Shown: positions 46,008 through 56,693 of the stretch, piece after piece
Layout of the letters: the number at the start of each line of letters is the position of its first letter
Position numbering within the stretch: position 1 is the first letter of the stretch
NCBI GenBank assembly: GCA_964598995.1
Contig: CAZRDR010000021.1
Span: 537-64,536 of the forward strand
Reading direction: 5' to 3'
DNA: 64,000 bases
DNA from: an uncultured Gammaproteobacteria bacterium
GTDB taxonomy: Bacteria > Patescibacteriota > Microgenomatia > Levybacterales > UBA12049
The notes under the pieces: generated by a model
Databases searched by the model: none
What the model saw: the letters and a program-made list of their open reading frames with translations, nothing else
Told to the model about the DNA's origin: nothing
Made by a program: the position numbers and the translations under genes

Positions 46008-47279
46008 TTAGATCGTATGTTCAGGATAGACTGAGCGGAACTCTCGGATAGCTGTTACTTTCACTCCACCTGCGACAGCTAGTGCCTTACTGACTTCTTC
46101 TTGGATCTTTTTAGAAAGAATGACTGTCTGAGCATCATCTAAACGTCCTGGATTAATAATGACGCGTAACTCACGACCAGCTTCGAATGCATACGCATCT
46201 TCGACTCCATCATATCGCTTGGCAATTTCTTCCATTTCCTTAAGTCTCTTACCATAGTTCTCGATATCTTCAAAACGAGCACCAGGCCGAGCACCTGAGA
46301 TCGAATCTGCGATATGAACGATGACTGACTCAACACTTGAGAATGGCTTATCTTCATGATGTTCTGCGACACAATTAACGACTGTCTCAGGAAGGTTAAA
46401 GCGCTTGAGGTATTCAACGCCTAACTTAACGTGACTTCCCTCTCCTTCAATGACTTTTCCGATATCATGGAAAAGACAGCCTAAGCGAACGACGTTTACA
46501 TCTGCTCCAATTTCATGAGCGATTTGGATACCAATTTTTGTCTCTTCAAGGGTATGAACAACTAAATTCTGGCCAAATGACGTTCGGAATTTAAAGCGGC
46601 CACGCGTCTGATAAATTTCACTTGGAAGGTTATACACACCGACTTCAGCAGCTAATTTCTGTCCTTCCTCAAACATAATCTTCTCAACTTCTTTACGAGT
46701 CTGTTCGACGATCTCCTCGATGCGGAATGGCTGAATACGGGTATCTTTAAGAAGTTTTTCAAGAGACTGACGAGCGATCTCGCGACGGACACTATCAAAT
46801 GACGAAAGTCTGATGACTCCTTCTTCGTCTAAATCAACATCAACACCAGTTGCTTGTTCAAAGGCGCGAATATTGCGTCCTTCTTTACCGATGATGCGAC
46901 CTTTCATCTCTTCATCAGGGACTTTAACAACAGTAACGGTGTACTCAGCGATATAATCGAGAGCTCCATGACGCATACTGTCAACGAGGATCTCACGAGC
47001 TTTCTGATCACCAGTTGTTTTTGCCTCTTCTTCTTTTTCTTTAATGATTCTCGCGATCATCGCAGCTGAATCACGTTCTGTTTCCTCAAGGAGTGCTTGT
47101 CTTGCTTCTTCACGAGTTAAGCCAGAAGCTTGCTCAAGTTTTTTGAGGTAATCTTGTCGTTTTTTCTCAAGGTCTTCTTTATCTTGTTCGAAACGCTCTA
47201 ACTTTTCTTCAAGTTTTTCTTGACGTTCAAGAAGCTTTTTCTCAAGTAAAATTAAATCTTGTTGTGTAGAATCTGCCAT
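46008..47279 (-). CDS. rny: Ribonuclease Y (KH + HD domains), N-terminal coiled coil, no obvious TM anchor
   Basis: A KH GXXG loop (IIGKEGRNIRAFE) and an HD domain (LFHDIGK...EHHED). It is 423 aa and lies downstream of recA-recX, as in Firmicutes. Confidence 0.8.
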   Translation of the reverse strand: MADSTQQDLILLEKKLLERQEKLEEKLERFEQDKEDLEKKRQDYLKKLEQASGLTREEARQALLEETERDSAAMIARIIKEKEEEAKTTGDQKAREILVDSMRHGALDYIAEYTVTVVKVPDEEMKGRIIGKEGRNIRAFEQATGVDVDLDEEGVIRLSSFDSVRREIARQSLEKLLKDTRIQPFRIEEIVEQTRKEVEKIMFEEGQKLAAEVGVYNLPSEIYQTRGRFKFRTSFGQNLVVHTLEETKIGIQIAHEIGADVNVVRLGCLFHDIGKVIEGEGSHVKLGVEYLKRFNLPETVVNCVAEHHEDKPFSSVESVIVHIADSISGARPGARFEDIENYGKRLKEMEEIAKRYDGVEDAYAFEAGRELRVIINPGRLDDAQTVILSKKIQEEVSKALAVAGGVKVTAIREFRSVYPEHTI

Positions 47280-47382
47280 AAATGTTTGAAGAGTAGGAGA
47301 GGACAGCGATTGCTCGCTTATACTTAGTTTCTAAATAATAGAGACGAAACGTAGTGCATATAACTTTGTAACACTTCTCTTG

Positions 47383-47871
47383 CTACTCTTGGTCATTATT
47401 ATAACCCGTTTTGAGGATATCGTCAATTACACGGCGAATTATATCAAAGTCAAATCCTCGTCTTCCTAGATATGCACCCATCCGTCGATATTGATCCTGG
47501 CGCGGAAGAGCTGTAACTTTTTTGTGATACTTCCGGGCAAGATCTAACGCCTTCTCATAATCAGTCTTTGAGTCTTCTGTTTTTTCACTCATTACTTGCT
47601 CAATAATCTCGTCCTTAATTCCTTTTTGTCGTAGTTCAAGCTTTATGACTCGATCACTTTTGGATTTAAATCTCGTCCTACTTTCTTTCCACCACCTCGC
47701 AAATTGCTCATCATCCTGAAATCTTTGCTCTTGGACTTTTTCGATGACTGCTTCGATAACATCTAGTGGAGCTTTCTTCTTCGTTAAATAATCACGTAAC
47801 TCTTTCTCAGAGCGAAACCGACGAGAAAGCTGGAGGAGGACTAACGTATAATACTTTTCAAATTGGTCCAT
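47383..47871 (-). CDS. recX: RecA regulator RecX
   Basis: It is 162 aa with three-helix repeats (LLQLSRRFRSEKELRDYLTKK...). It sits immediately downstream of recA. Confidence 0.75.
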   Translation of the reverse strand: MDQFEKYYTLVLLQLSRRFRSEKELRDYLTKKKAPLDVIEAVIEKVQEQRFQDDEQFARWWKESRTRFKSKSDRVIKLELRQKGIKDEIIEQVMSEKTEDSKTDYEKALDLARKYHKKVTALPRQDQYRRMGAYLGRRGFDFDIIRRVIDDILKTGYNNDQE

Positions 47872-47895
47872 GGAGACTACTGAGAGTAGTAAAGA

Positions 47896-49005
47896 TTATG
47901 GGGTTGGGACTGCTTCATCTTCTGCATCTTCATCTTCTTCAACGCCAACCGCAACCGGCATACCCCCATCTTTACTCCTACTCATAATCTCTTGTACGAT
48001 TTTTTTCGTATCATCAGGATTTTCTTTCAGCCAATCGATAGCTGCTGCTTTTCCTTGACCTATTAACTGTTCGTTATACCTAAAGAATGCGCCTGATTTA
48101 GAAATAACATTCATCTCAACACCGACATCTAAGACACCGCCCTCACGTGAGATACCTTGCTCGAAGACATCAAACTCCGCGAGTCTAAAAGGTGTCGAAA
48201 CTTTATTTTTGACGACTTTAACACGATGCCTCGAACCGATCACTTTATCACCATCTTTAATCGTCTCAATCTTTCTGATGTCCATACGAACTGAGGCATA
48301 GAACTTAAGCGCGAGTCCACCTGTCGTTGTCTCTGGATTACCAAACATAACGCCGATTTTTTGACGGAGCTGGTTAGTAAAGATAACAACTGTTTTTGAC
48401 TTAGAAATAACAGCTGTTAATTTGCGAAGTGCCTGGGACATCAGACGGGCCTGGAGTCCGACAACCGCATCGCCCATCTCTCCTTCAATTTCTGCACGAG
48501 GAACCAAAGCTGCAACTGAGTCGATAACAAGAACATCAATACCACCACTGCGAACGAGACTCTCAGCAATTTCAAGAGCTTGCTCTCCAGTATCTGGCTG
48601 AGAAATAAGTAATTCGTCAAGCTTTACACCTATTCGCTCTGCCCAGAGTGGGTCGAGTGCATGCTCTGCATCAATAAAAGCTGCAATTCCGCCATGCTTT
48701 TGGGCTTGCGCAATTGTTGAAAGACAAACAGTCGTTTTTCCTGAAGATTCTGGTCCATAGACTTCGATAATTCTTCCGCGGGGCAGGCCTCCGACGCCAA
48801 GCGCGAGGTCTAGCGGAAGACAACCTGTACTAACAACTGAAATATCTAATTTCCCCGCAGCATCGCCAAAGCGCATGATAGACCCTCGACCATACTGTTT
48901 TTCGATCTGATCCATTGCCATACGGATGGATTCGAGTTTTTGTGATGCGTCTGTCTGAGGCTGAATAACTGCAGAAGATTTTGCGTTATTTGAAGACCTT
49001 GCCAT
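47896..49005 (-). CDS. recA: Recombinase RecA
   Basis: Walker [10 protein letters not shown], and L1/L2 DNA-binding loops ([14 protein letters not shown]). It is 369 aa, with a D/E-rich C-terminal tail. Confidence 0.95.
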   Translation of the reverse strand: MARSSNNAKSSAVIQPQTDASQKLESIRMAMDQIEKQYGRGSIMRFGDAAGKLDISVVSTGCLPLDLALGVGGLPRGRIIEVYGPESSGKTTVCLSTIAQAQKHGGIAAFIDAEHALDPLWAERIGVKLDELLISQPDTGEQALEIAESLVRSGGIDVLVIDSVAALVPRAEIEGEMGDAVVGLQARLMSQALRKLTAVISKSKTVVIFTNQLRQKIGVMFGNPETTTGGLALKFYASVRMDIRKIETIKDGDKVIGSRHRVKVVKNKVSTPFRLAEFDVFEQGISREGGVLDVGVEMNVISKSGAFFRYNEQLIGQGKAAAIDWLKENPDDTKKIVQEIMSRSKDGGMPVAVGVEEDEDAEDEAVPTP

Positions 49006-49308
49006 AAAGTAGGATCATAATACCGTTGTTTCGTATTTTTTACAAGCCATCATACTGCCTCTTTCTATATCACTTTTTAGCCTCAAAATTAGCCTTAAAC
49101 GTAACGATTATAAGCTTTAAGGATTGGTAAAGTAGAGATAACTTTGGTAGAATCTTTTCAAGCTTGTAAACAGGATATAAAACACAAAATCGCTGGCTCT
49201 TGAGTCCCGATTTTGTGATCCTTAAAGGGAAATCGTTGGGACGGACTGAAAGGAGTCCACTTGCTGGACAAGTGATAAAATAAATCGTGAGGTTTGTCCC
49301 ATTTGTCG

Positions 49309-49379
49309 CGGGGATTAGTTTAACGGTAGAATGCGCGGATGGGGTCCGTGTGACCGGAGTTCAATTCTCCGATCCCCGA
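49309..49379 (+). tRNA. tRNA-Pro (anticodon GGG), 71 nt, no encoded CCA
   Basis: Hand-folded. Acceptor stem CGGGGAT/ATCCCCG (7 bp). D-arm GTTT-AACGGTA-GAAT, including GG in the loop. Anticodon stem CGCGG/CCGTG with loop AT-GGG-GT (U33 present, anticodon GGG). T-arm CGGAG-TTCAATT-CTCCG. Discriminator A. Confidence 0.8.
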
Positions 49380-49404
49380 CTAAAAAATGCTAAACTAAAT
49401 TTAT

Positions 49405-49935
49405 ATGCCTTGGAAACAACTCAGTCGTAAAACGATAATAGATAACAAATTCCTTAAAGTCTATGAAGATGAGGTAGAACTCCCAAATGGTCATATCATC
49501 CCCGATTACAGTGTCATTGAAAAACAAAGTTTCTCGATGGTAGTGGCTTTAGATAAAGACAATAACGTTATAACGATTGATGAATATAAATATGCTATCG
49601 GTAAGACGATTCATACGCTTCCGGCTGGATGCTTTAACACTGGCGAGTCACCACTTGAGACAGCAAAGCGTGAACTCATGGAAGAAACAGGATACAGTGG
49701 AGGGATATGGGAAGACCTCGGTGAGTATTATGAATATCCTTCTAAAGACTCACATGTTGTTCGCTTTTTTAAAGCAACTGGTGTTGAAAGAACAAGTCAT
49801 ATGAGCCATGAAACAACAGAAAATATTGCGCTGCGAGTTATTAATCTTGAAAAATTAAAAGAAGAAATAAAAAATCACGAATGGCCAGCTAACGCAACAC
49901 TTGCTGCCTTCGTAGCAGCTGGTTTACTCAATTGA
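49405..49935 (+). CDS. NUDIX hydrolase (ADP-ribose pyrophosphatase-like)
   Basis: The Nudix box is GCFNTGESPLETAKRELMEETGY (GX5EX7REUXEEXGU). Confidence 0.8.
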   Translation: MPWKQLSRKTIIDNKFLKVYEDEVELPNGHIIPDYSVIEKQSFSMVVALDKDNNVITIDEYKYAIGKTIHTLPAGCFNTGESPLETAKRELMEETGYSGGIWEDLGEYYEYPSKDSHVVRFFKATGVERTSHMSHETTENIALRVINLEKLKEEIKNHEWPANATLAAFVAAGLLN

Positions 49936-49960
49936 ATAAATCTTTGCACATATTCCTCAA

Positions 49961-50665
49961 TTGGCATATACTTTATACGTGCTAATAAAGAGACTAACGA
50001 CTTTTTTCCCTCACGTTCAAATAATACTGATTCGCTCAGGATTGATTAGTAAAATCTTCGTCGTCCTTTTATTTTTAATTGTGTTTCTCACAGCTCTTGT
50101 CATGAAAGACCTTAGTAGTAAATCAGAAATTCCATCTGCTCAGGATAATAACCCTGAATCAAATTTTATTATTGATCAAGTTGTAACACCTACTCAACTT
50201 CAAAAATCTAATCCTATTACTGTTATCCCTTCTGTCACTACAGCACAACCAACTACTAACGCGATAAATTCACCCACTTCTACTCCCACCCCTGTATCAA
50301 ACTCCTCTCAACAGCCAACTGCTACCCCGACACCAGGAGTAGCCGATACAGAATCTCCTCATACAAATATTTATTTCCCTCAAGAAGGAGGAACTATTAC
50401 GTTTAGCTACCAACCTTCGTCTGGTAATTATCCTTGTATAGCACTTAACCCTCCATCTGATAATGTCTCCTCAACTTCAGATATAATGACTGAATACGCC
50501 GTCGATGGCGGTTCATGGTCAGGCTATGCTAGTGCTGACTCACGTGCATTTATCTGTATGGCGATACCGAATGGTTCACATAGCATACAAATAAGATCAA
50601 AAGATAAAGCTGGAAATGTTGAATCGCCACAGACCCTTCACTTTATTGTCAACATACCTAATTAG
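49961..50665 (+). CDS. Membrane-anchored/secreted hypothetical protein with T/P/S-rich linker
   Basis: An N-terminal hydrophobic segment (IFVVLLFLIVFLTALVM), a TPTPVSNSSQQPTATPTPG linker, and a C-terminal beta-rich domain. Confidence 0.4.
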   Translation: MAYTLYVLIKRLTTFFPHVQIILIRSGLISKIFVVLLFLIVFLTALVMKDLSSKSEIPSAQDNNPESNFIIDQVVTPTQLQKSNPITVIPSVTTAQPTTNAINSPTSTPTPVSNSSQQPTATPTPGVADTESPHTNIYFPQEGGTITFSYQPSSGNYPCIALNPPSDNVSSTSDIMTEYAVDGGSWSGYASADSRAFICMAIPNGSHSIQIRSKDKAGNVESPQTLHFIVNIPN

Positions 50666-51525
50666 GCTGACCAACGTGCGAAAATCCCAGTTGAGAGGGG
50701 ACGCTTATGTGTTTTTTCTTCAAGCACCAGTTCCCCGACTTGTATATTTCCTTTTTTCAAATAATCTCGCATGACGTTTTCAAGCATCAGGCTAGAAGCA
50801 GATAGAGCATAAGCGTTGACGATAACAAATAGTGGTTGAGGAGAAAGGACTTGGGAACAGGCTTTCATCAGTTCAGGAAAACTTTTAGGGAAGTCCCAAA
50901 CCTCGCCAGTTGGACCATGACCATAGACTGGAGGATCCATAATAATTCCCTCATACGTATTGCCTCGACGAATCTCTCGCTCAACAAATTTGAGAGCGTC
51001 GTCTAAAATCCATCTAATCGGTTTATCTGAAAGACTAGAAAGTTCTTGGTTCTCACGTGCCCACGTAATAGCAGGTCGAGACGCATCAACATGGGTGACC
51101 TGTGCGCCAGCTGCTGCTGCCACTAAACTCGCGATACCTGTATAGCCGAATAAGTTGAGCACTTTTACAGATCGATTACTTTTTGTAATCGAACTCCTGA
51201 TAAATTCCCAGTGGAGGTGCTGTTCAGGAAATAGTCCAGTGTGCTTAAAAGGAGTCAACTTCGCATAGAAGGAAATATCTTCATATTTCAAAAGCCATTT
51301 CTCAGGGAGATCAGTCTTTTTAACCCATGTATCTTTGTCAAACGTAGCGTCAGCTTTTTCCCACTCTACTTGAGACAGTTGAGGTAACCAGATAGCTTGT
51401 GGATCAGGTTTGGCGATGGTGTAGGAGCCAAAGCGTTCTAAACGATAGCCATTTCCACTATCTAATAATTCATAATCGCTCCAGCCTCGAGTTGTTAGGA
51501 TTTCCATGGATGTATGATACCACAA
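50662..51525 (-). CDS. Class I SAM-dependent methyltransferase, RlmI/RlmK/L-like rRNA methyltransferase catalytic domain
   Basis: Motif I is [28 protein letters not shown] and motif IV is IIMDPPVYG (a DPPxF/Y type). It is 287 aa. Confidence 0.65.
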   Translation of the reverse strand: MWYHTSMEILTTRGWSDYELLDSGNGYRLERFGSYTIAKPDPQAIWLPQLSQVEWEKADATFDKDTWVKKTDLPEKWLLKYEDISFYAKLTPFKHTGLFPEQHLHWEFIRSSITKSNRSVKVLNLFGYTGIASLVAAAAGAQVTHVDASRPAITWARENQELSSLSDKPIRWILDDALKFVEREIRRGNTYEGIIMDPPVYGHGPTGEVWDFPKSFPELMKACSQVLSPQPLFVIVNAYALSASSLMLENVMRDYLKKGNIQVGELVLEEKTHKRPLSTGIFARWSA

Positions 51526-51550
51526 GTCGTGTCTACACTTTTATCTTTTT

Positions 51551-52081
51551 TTGCGCTACAATAGGCAAATAATGAAGCGCATTATTATTTTCTGCAGTGT
51601 TATCATCGTCATATATGTCTTGGGAGTTATATCCCTTAACTTGCCACAGAAAAACACCAGTAACACTGATACCTCCTTTACTGTTCCATCTCCGACATCA
51701 GCTCAACCTTCAGCAAACCTTAAGTTGGAGGATGAAAAAGTAGGAACTGGTACAGAGGCAAAAGCTGGTGACACGGTAACCGTTAATTATGTTGGAACGC
51801 TAACGAATGGTAAAAAATTCGACAGTTCCTATGATCGTAAAAAACCATTTACCTTTACCTTAGGTACAGGACAAGTCATCCAAGGATGGGACCAAGGCGT
51901 AGCAGGAATGAAAGTTGGCGGTAAGCGCAAACTGACAATCCCACCTGAATTAGGGTATGGCGCATCTCCTCAAGGCGCTATTCCAGCTAATTCAACCTTA
52001 ATATTTGATGTCGAACTAGTAAGTGTCACGGCAGGAACGCCTCAGCCAGCAAATTCACAAAACCCTAATATCAACCTGTAA
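51551..52081 (+). CDS. FKBP-type peptidyl-prolyl cis-trans isomerase with N-terminal signal/anchor
   Basis: [65 protein letters not shown] is a canonical FKBP_C domain. Confidence 0.85.
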   Translation: MRYNRQIMKRIIIFCSVIIVIYVLGVISLNLPQKNTSNTDTSFTVPSPTSAQPSANLKLEDEKVGTGTEAKAGDTVTVNYVGTLTNGKKFDSSYDRKKPFTFTLGTGQVIQGWDQGVAGMKVGGKRKLTIPPELGYGASPQGAIPANSTLIFDVELVSVTAGTPQPANSQNPNINL

Positions 52082-52755
52082 TGGAGATCATTGCCCTTTT
52101 CTTCGTCGAGCTCTTCGTTTTATTTCTCCTTTCACGCGAACTCCAGAAAAATTTATCCTCTTTTCTTTTCAGTATCACTAAAAGTCATAAATGGACAGTG
52201 ACACTTCTTTCGTTTATTTTCCTCCCCGGAACTGTTATTCATGAAGTTGCGCATTACCTGATGGCTCATCTGATGTTCGTACCTGTAGGGAAAATGGAAC
52301 TCATCCCCAAGCTTGAGGGAACAAGTCTTAAGTTAGGCAGTGTTGCAATTGGCAGATCTGATCCATTTCGCAGACTCCTCATCGGAGTTGCACCTTTTCT
52401 AGTAGGCACCAGCCTCATTATCCTGACTCTTTATATCGCTGAGAAACAAGCTCTCTGGAGCATAACATACGCTGTAATAATTATTTTTTATGTCTTATTT
52501 GAGGTAGGTAACAGTATGTTCTCAAGTAAAAAGGACCTCGAAGGAGCTCTTTTTGTAATTATCTTCTTTATGCTGATCGCTGTTGCACTCTATATCTTCG
52601 GACTTCGCATTTCACTTGAAGATATTCGGACGAGATTAGATCCACGAACAGTTCATCTTTTCTATCAAGGAGTAATTTATCAGATTTTTCCACTTTCTAT
52701 TGATGTGATCCTTATTTTTATCCTCACCATCTCAAATAGATTACTTCGCCGCTGA
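52081..52755 (+). CDS. Polytopic membrane protein with intramembrane HExxH (putative zinc metalloprotease, M50/site-2-protease-like or DUF3267-like)
   Basis: VIHEVAHYLMAHLMF contains HEVAH within a hydrophobic segment, and 5-6 TM helices are predicted. Its start overlaps the FKBP stop (TAATG). Confidence 0.4.
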   Translation: MEIIALFFVELFVLFLLSRELQKNLSSFLFSITKSHKWTVTLLSFIFLPGTVIHEVAHYLMAHLMFVPVGKMELIPKLEGTSLKLGSVAIGRSDPFRRLLIGVAPFLVGTSLIILTLYIAEKQALWSITYAVIIIFYVLFEVGNSMFSSKKDLEGALFVIIFFMLIAVALYIFGLRISLEDIRTRLDPRTVHLFYQGVIYQIFPLSIDVILIFILTISNRLLRR

Positions 52756-53436
52756 GGTAGCAGTCTTTATTGATCCACTCGTTGAACTTGTTTTAGATGG
52801 CACAAGAACTGTTGATTTTTGAGGTAAGGTGAGAGTTTGTAATATCGCTTTGAGATCAGATTCACTGTCTATCATCTCAGAAAATCCTTCTTGATAAAAT
52901 ATGAGGAGTGTGTGGGTTGAGTTCGCTAGGGGGAGTTCGAATACATACACTGGACCCTTTACTTCAGTTGTTAACTTACCACTTAGTGATGCTTCCTTAA
53001 AAAAGTATTTGTTACCGGTAAAGCCACTCTCATTGGTATAAACAGTTTGACTATCAATAATACACGTCGATTTCAGCTCAGTTCTACAAAAAGTAAGTAT
53101 TCCTCCTCTCACAGACAAAGTTGTTTGCATTATTTTTATATAAAACGTTACTTGGTCTCCTACTAGACGGAGTTTGTTGCTGTCTCTATGTAAATCGTAG
53201 TGCGAAGGATAGGAAAAACTAAAATGATACTGAGGATCAGTATAACTACTTGAGCTCGCAGGTAAAGTCTTTTTTGTGGGCGTAGTACTTTTTGAGGACA
53301 AGTGTAATTGATTGAGGATAATAAACCCTGCTATAGAAATACTCAATATAAGAATCCCGACAATAAATACCACTGCCTTCATGAGGATGTCTATTCTGTC
53401 ATAAACAGTCTCATCTGACAAGTGAATCTCAATCAT
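52741..53436 (-). CDS. Membrane-anchored hypothetical protein (231 aa)
   Basis: An N-terminal TM (AVVFIVGILILSISIAGFIIL) and an S/T-rich linker. No recognisable domain. Confidence 0.4.
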   Translation of the reverse strand: MIEIHLSDETVYDRIDILMKAVVFIVGILILSISIAGFIILNQLHLSSKSTTPTKKTLPASSSSYTDPQYHFSFSYPSHYDLHRDSNKLRLVGDQVTFYIKIMQTTLSVRGGILTFCRTELKSTCIIDSQTVYTNESGFTGNKYFFKEASLSGKLTTEVKGPVYVFELPLANSTHTLLIFYQEGFSEMIDSESDLKAILQTLTLPQKSTVLVPSKTSSTSGSIKTATSAAK

Positions 53437-53452
53437 ATATAATTGAGCGCAT

Positions 53453-54589
53453 ATGTATTCAGCCGTTAATCCTGAAGAACAGCAAAAAAGATTTATTATT
53501 GCCAGTATCCTCCCGCATAGGGTATCTGAACAGGATGCCTTTTTAGATCTGAAAGAGCTAAAAGAGTTAGTTGATGCCTTTCATGGAGAGGTAGTCGATT
53601 ATGTTATCCAGAACCGTGAAGTTCATGATAAAGGTCTCTATCTCGGCAGCGGGAAAATTGACGAGATAAAGACTATGGTCAAAGCACAAGAAATTGATGT
53701 TGTTGTTCTTAATGCAGTTGTAAAACCTGGACACCTTTTTGATATTAAACAAACGCTTGAGAAAGCGAATCCACAAATTGAAGTCTGGGATAGAGTCGAC
53801 CTTATCCTCCACATCTTTTCGCAGCATGCAAATACGACCGAGTCACGCTTGCAGATTGAGTTAGCAGCTATGCATCATATGGGTCCGAGAATTTACGGCA
53901 TGGGATATGTTCTTTCTCGCCAGGGAGGAAGTATTGGTACTCGCGGCATTGGAGAAACAAATACAGAACTTATGAAACGTCACTGGAGAAACCAAATTAA
54001 AAAAGTCCAGGAAAAACTTGAAAAGTTATCAAATGACCGCATGCGTCAACTCGAGAGACGGCAACGAATGGGATTAAAAACAGTCTCACTGATTGGCTAC
54101 ACCAATGCCGGCAAAACATCATTATTCAATCTTTTGACAGGTAAGAATCAGCTTGTAGAGAATGCATTATTTGCCACACTTGATAGTCATGTCGGGAAAC
54201 TGTATCTACCTGAGTTAAACGAACAAATTGTTGTCTCGGATACCATTGGATTTATTCGTAATCTGCCTACATCACTCATTGATGCGTTTCGTTCAACGCT
54301 CATGGAGTCAATTTATGCTGATCTTCTCATCCATGTTATCGACTGTTCAGACCCCGATATCAAACGTAAAATTCGTTCAGTTCAGGCAGTTCTCCATGAA
54401 CTTAATCTCGTAAAAAAACCTCAGCTCTTTGTATTTAATAAATCAGATCTCATCACGAAAAAAGATAAAGAACTGATTTCTACACAATTCTCGACACATC
54501 AGTCGGTCTTTATCTCAGTAAAAAATGGAAATGGCATTGATACACTTCAGACAACGATTACAAGATTTTTCAAAGGAGGAGATCTATGA
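53453..54589 (+). CDS. hflX: GTPase HflX
   Basis: An HflX N-domain, then G1 GYTNAGKTSLFN, G3 DTIGF and G4 NKSD. It is 378 aa. Confidence 0.85.
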   Translation: MYSAVNPEEQQKRFIIASILPHRVSEQDAFLDLKELKELVDAFHGEVVDYVIQNREVHDKGLYLGSGKIDEIKTMVKAQEIDVVVLNAVVKPGHLFDIKQTLEKANPQIEVWDRVDLILHIFSQHANTTESRLQIELAAMHHMGPRIYGMGYVLSRQGGSIGTRGIGETNTELMKRHWRNQIKKVQEKLEKLSNDRMRQLERRQRMGLKTVSLIGYTNAGKTSLFNLLTGKNQLVENALFATLDSHVGKLYLPELNEQIVVSDTIGFIRNLPTSLIDAFRSTLMESIYADLLIHVIDCSDPDIKRKIRSVQAVLHELNLVKKPQLFVFNKSDLITKKDKELISTQFSTHQSVFISVKNGNGIDTLQTTITRFFKGGDL

Positions 54590-55077
54590 CTCAACAAGCA
54601 ATTCTCTGCTTCCTCATAAAAGATGACCAGATCCTCTTAGCAGAAAGCGATTATAGACTCGATCGAAAAACATGGAATGGGATAACTGGATTTATTACCA
54701 ATCAGCAAAAAATTGAATTTGAAACTGCAAAAATAATCTATGACGCCATAAAGGTACAGATCAACCCACGAGACTTAGAGAAAGTTGCTGTCCAACATGT
54801 ATTCCAGAAAAACTCGGACGAAAGTATACAAGAGACTGTAACTATTTCTATCTTTTTCTGTGACCGATTTATTGGTGAACCTCACTTAACTGGGAACTTC
54901 CGCCCTCGCTGGTTCTCACTAGATGACATACCTTATGAAGAAATGTTTGAGGATACAAAAGACTGGTTACCTCGTTTACTGTCTGGAGAAAAATTAATAA
55001 TTGAGATTCTAACTGAAGAAAATACAAATAATCAGATAGTGATAAAAGACGTTACAGTTCGGAATATTTTTAGCTAA
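54586..55077 (+). CDS. Hypothetical protein (163 aa), possibly degenerate Nudix-fold
   Basis: It is co-oriented with, and overlaps, the hflX stop. It has no intact Nudix box. Confidence 0.35.
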   Translation: MTQQAILCFLIKDDQILLAESDYRLDRKTWNGITGFITNQQKIEFETAKIIYDAIKVQINPRDLEKVAVQHVFQKNSDESIQETVTISIFFCDRFIGEPHLTGNFRPRWFSLDDIPYEEMFEDTKDWLPRLLSGEKLIIEILTEENTNNQIVIKDVTVRNIFS

Positions 55078-55089
55078 AATATAAATAGT

Positions 55090-55482
55090 ATGGAAGAACA
55101 ACGAGTAGCAGTCTATGGATGTATCCTTAATGATCAAAAGAAAATATTAGTTGTTAAGAGGTCACCCAATGAGTCCTCCCCTAATTTCTGGGAAATGCCT
55201 GGTGGGAAATTAGAATCTGGTGAAAAAATTGAACAGGGAATTATACGAGAAGTTAAGGAAGAGACTGGGCTAGATGTAATCCCACTATCACTTTTATCTT
55301 CGTTACACGATCCAATCAAACAAGTTAATCGGATCGCTTATCTTTGTAAATTAGAGAATCAATCACAAGAGATACGTCTTAGTGCAGAACATAGCACCTA
55401 TGCCTGGATTGACACTACCGATAAATCACATACTCCTCTCTCTGATCTGTTAATTAAAACACTGGCGGAACTGAATAAGTAG
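55090..55482 (+). CDS. NUDIX hydrolase (MutT-like, 130 aa)
   Basis: The Nudix box is GGKLESGEKIEQGIIREVKEETGLDV. Confidence 0.75.
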   Translation: MEEQRVAVYGCILNDQKKILVVKRSPNESSPNFWEMPGGKLESGEKIEQGIIREVKEETGLDVIPLSLLSSLHDPIKQVNRIAYLCKLENQSQEIRLSAEHSTYAWIDTTDKSHTPLSDLLIKTLAELNK

Positions 55483-55489
55483 TTAGAAA

Positions 55490-56362
55490 TTATCGAGGAA
55501 GATAATCAAAATTACTTAATTTTGTCGGTTCATTATCTAGACAAACCATGCCTAATTTATTATCAGCTGATGACCAGAGGAAAAAGTATCCGCTATCAAC
55601 ACAGATATCATTATCGGCTGGACTATCAAGTCGAACATAGATGATTGAGTTCTGACCATCTGTCTGATAGCAGTAGCCTGTCTGAGTAACTGTCCCACAA
55701 TATGAAACGGGTGATGTCGTCTCTAAGACGTACTCGTAAACACCTGACACTTCATTCTTATCAACCATTTCTTTAATCCAATCATAACTCATAGAATCTG
55801 ATGCTGGAAATTTAGTATATGAGACATAATACCGAGAGACGGCATCAACCAATTTGATAAGCGTTGTCTGCTTATTATTATTCATATATCCTGAGGTAAA
55901 AGAATAACTAAGTTTCTGGACAGCTGTTATTGGATTTTTAAGTAGTTCTGATAAAAAACTCTCATGCGAATTCCTGCTTCCTGAAGTTGACGTCTGGGAT
56001 CCACCTGGTGAATATTGATTCTCTTTTACATATGAATCAAGTTGCTCGTTAATATAACTTGAACCTTTTAATGGCACCGGACCAAAATAAACATCATGTG
56101 CTTTTTGAGGTGTAGCAACAGGATCACCATTTACTTGATCTACTTCGTTTTCTGTGTTTGTTAAATCGGATCTCTCAGAAAAAGATTTGTTAAGAGGATT
56201 TCGCTCTGAGAGTTTGTCCTGATTATTACTTATGTTGAGAAAATATGATGGTATAGCCACCAACAATATAAGGAGAGTTACCAAGATAATTAATTTCTTC
56301 TTTGTGAAGGAAAATCTTTTTCGCTTTATAGTTACTTGGACAGGTTTGGAGGAAGGAGGCAT
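55490..56362 (-). CDS. Membrane-anchored secreted hypothetical protein (290 aa)
   Basis: An N-terminal TM (LIILVTLLILLVAIPSYFL). The C-terminal domain has several Cys (CGTVTQTGYCYQ, CVDSGYF) that may form disulfides. No known domain. Confidence 0.4.
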   Translation of the reverse strand: MPPSSKPVQVTIKRKRFSFTKKKLIILVTLLILLVAIPSYFLNISNNQDKLSERNPLNKSFSERSDLTNTENEVDQVNGDPVATPQKAHDVYFGPVPLKGSSYINEQLDSYVKENQYSPGGSQTSTSGSRNSHESFLSELLKNPITAVQKLSYSFTSGYMNNNKQTTLIKLVDAVSRYYVSYTKFPASDSMSYDWIKEMVDKNEVSGVYEYVLETTSPVSYCGTVTQTGYCYQTDGQNSIIYVRLDSPADNDICVDSGYFFLWSSADNKLGMVCLDNEPTKLSNFDYLPR

Positions 56363-56402
56363 ACTATTATTTACTATACATCATCAGACTAATGAAACAT
56401 AG

Positions 56403-56693
56403 TTATGATATCTGCCCTACCGCATCAATTTTAGGGAAAAGCCTTCTTATAGCTTCCCAATATTTTTCAGAAAGCGTTGTGGAGAACTTACCATATTTTC
56501 CGCTTTCAGACTTACCACAGAGAATATTCTCATAGCGTCGAATTATTCTCAGAACTTTTTCTCCTTCAGTATTAAATTCTTCTTGGTACGTCTTTGGATC
56601 TGATACGTATTTATCATGCAACTCACGAAACGCATCAAAAACCTCCTTATTATACTTGAGCATGTCTTGGATAACTTCTGTATATTTTGCCAT
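56403..56693 (-). CDS. Small hypothetical protein (96 aa), translationally coupled to upstream zinc-ribbon gene
   Basis: Its start overlaps the stop of 56693..57247. It is helical and charged. Confidence 0.4.
   Translation of the reverse strand: MAKYTEVIQDMLKYNKEVFDAFRELHDKYVSDPKTYQEEFNTEGEKVLRIIRRYENILCGKSESGKYGKFSTTLSEKYWEAIRRLFPKIDAVGQIS

Noticed and set aside
47896-49100. LexA/Cheo SOS box upstream of recA
   Set aside because: No GAAC-N4-GTTC or CTGT-N8-ACAG-type palindrome was found in the 100 nt upstream of the recA start. The only strong palindrome is farther upstream and has a 15-nt spacer.
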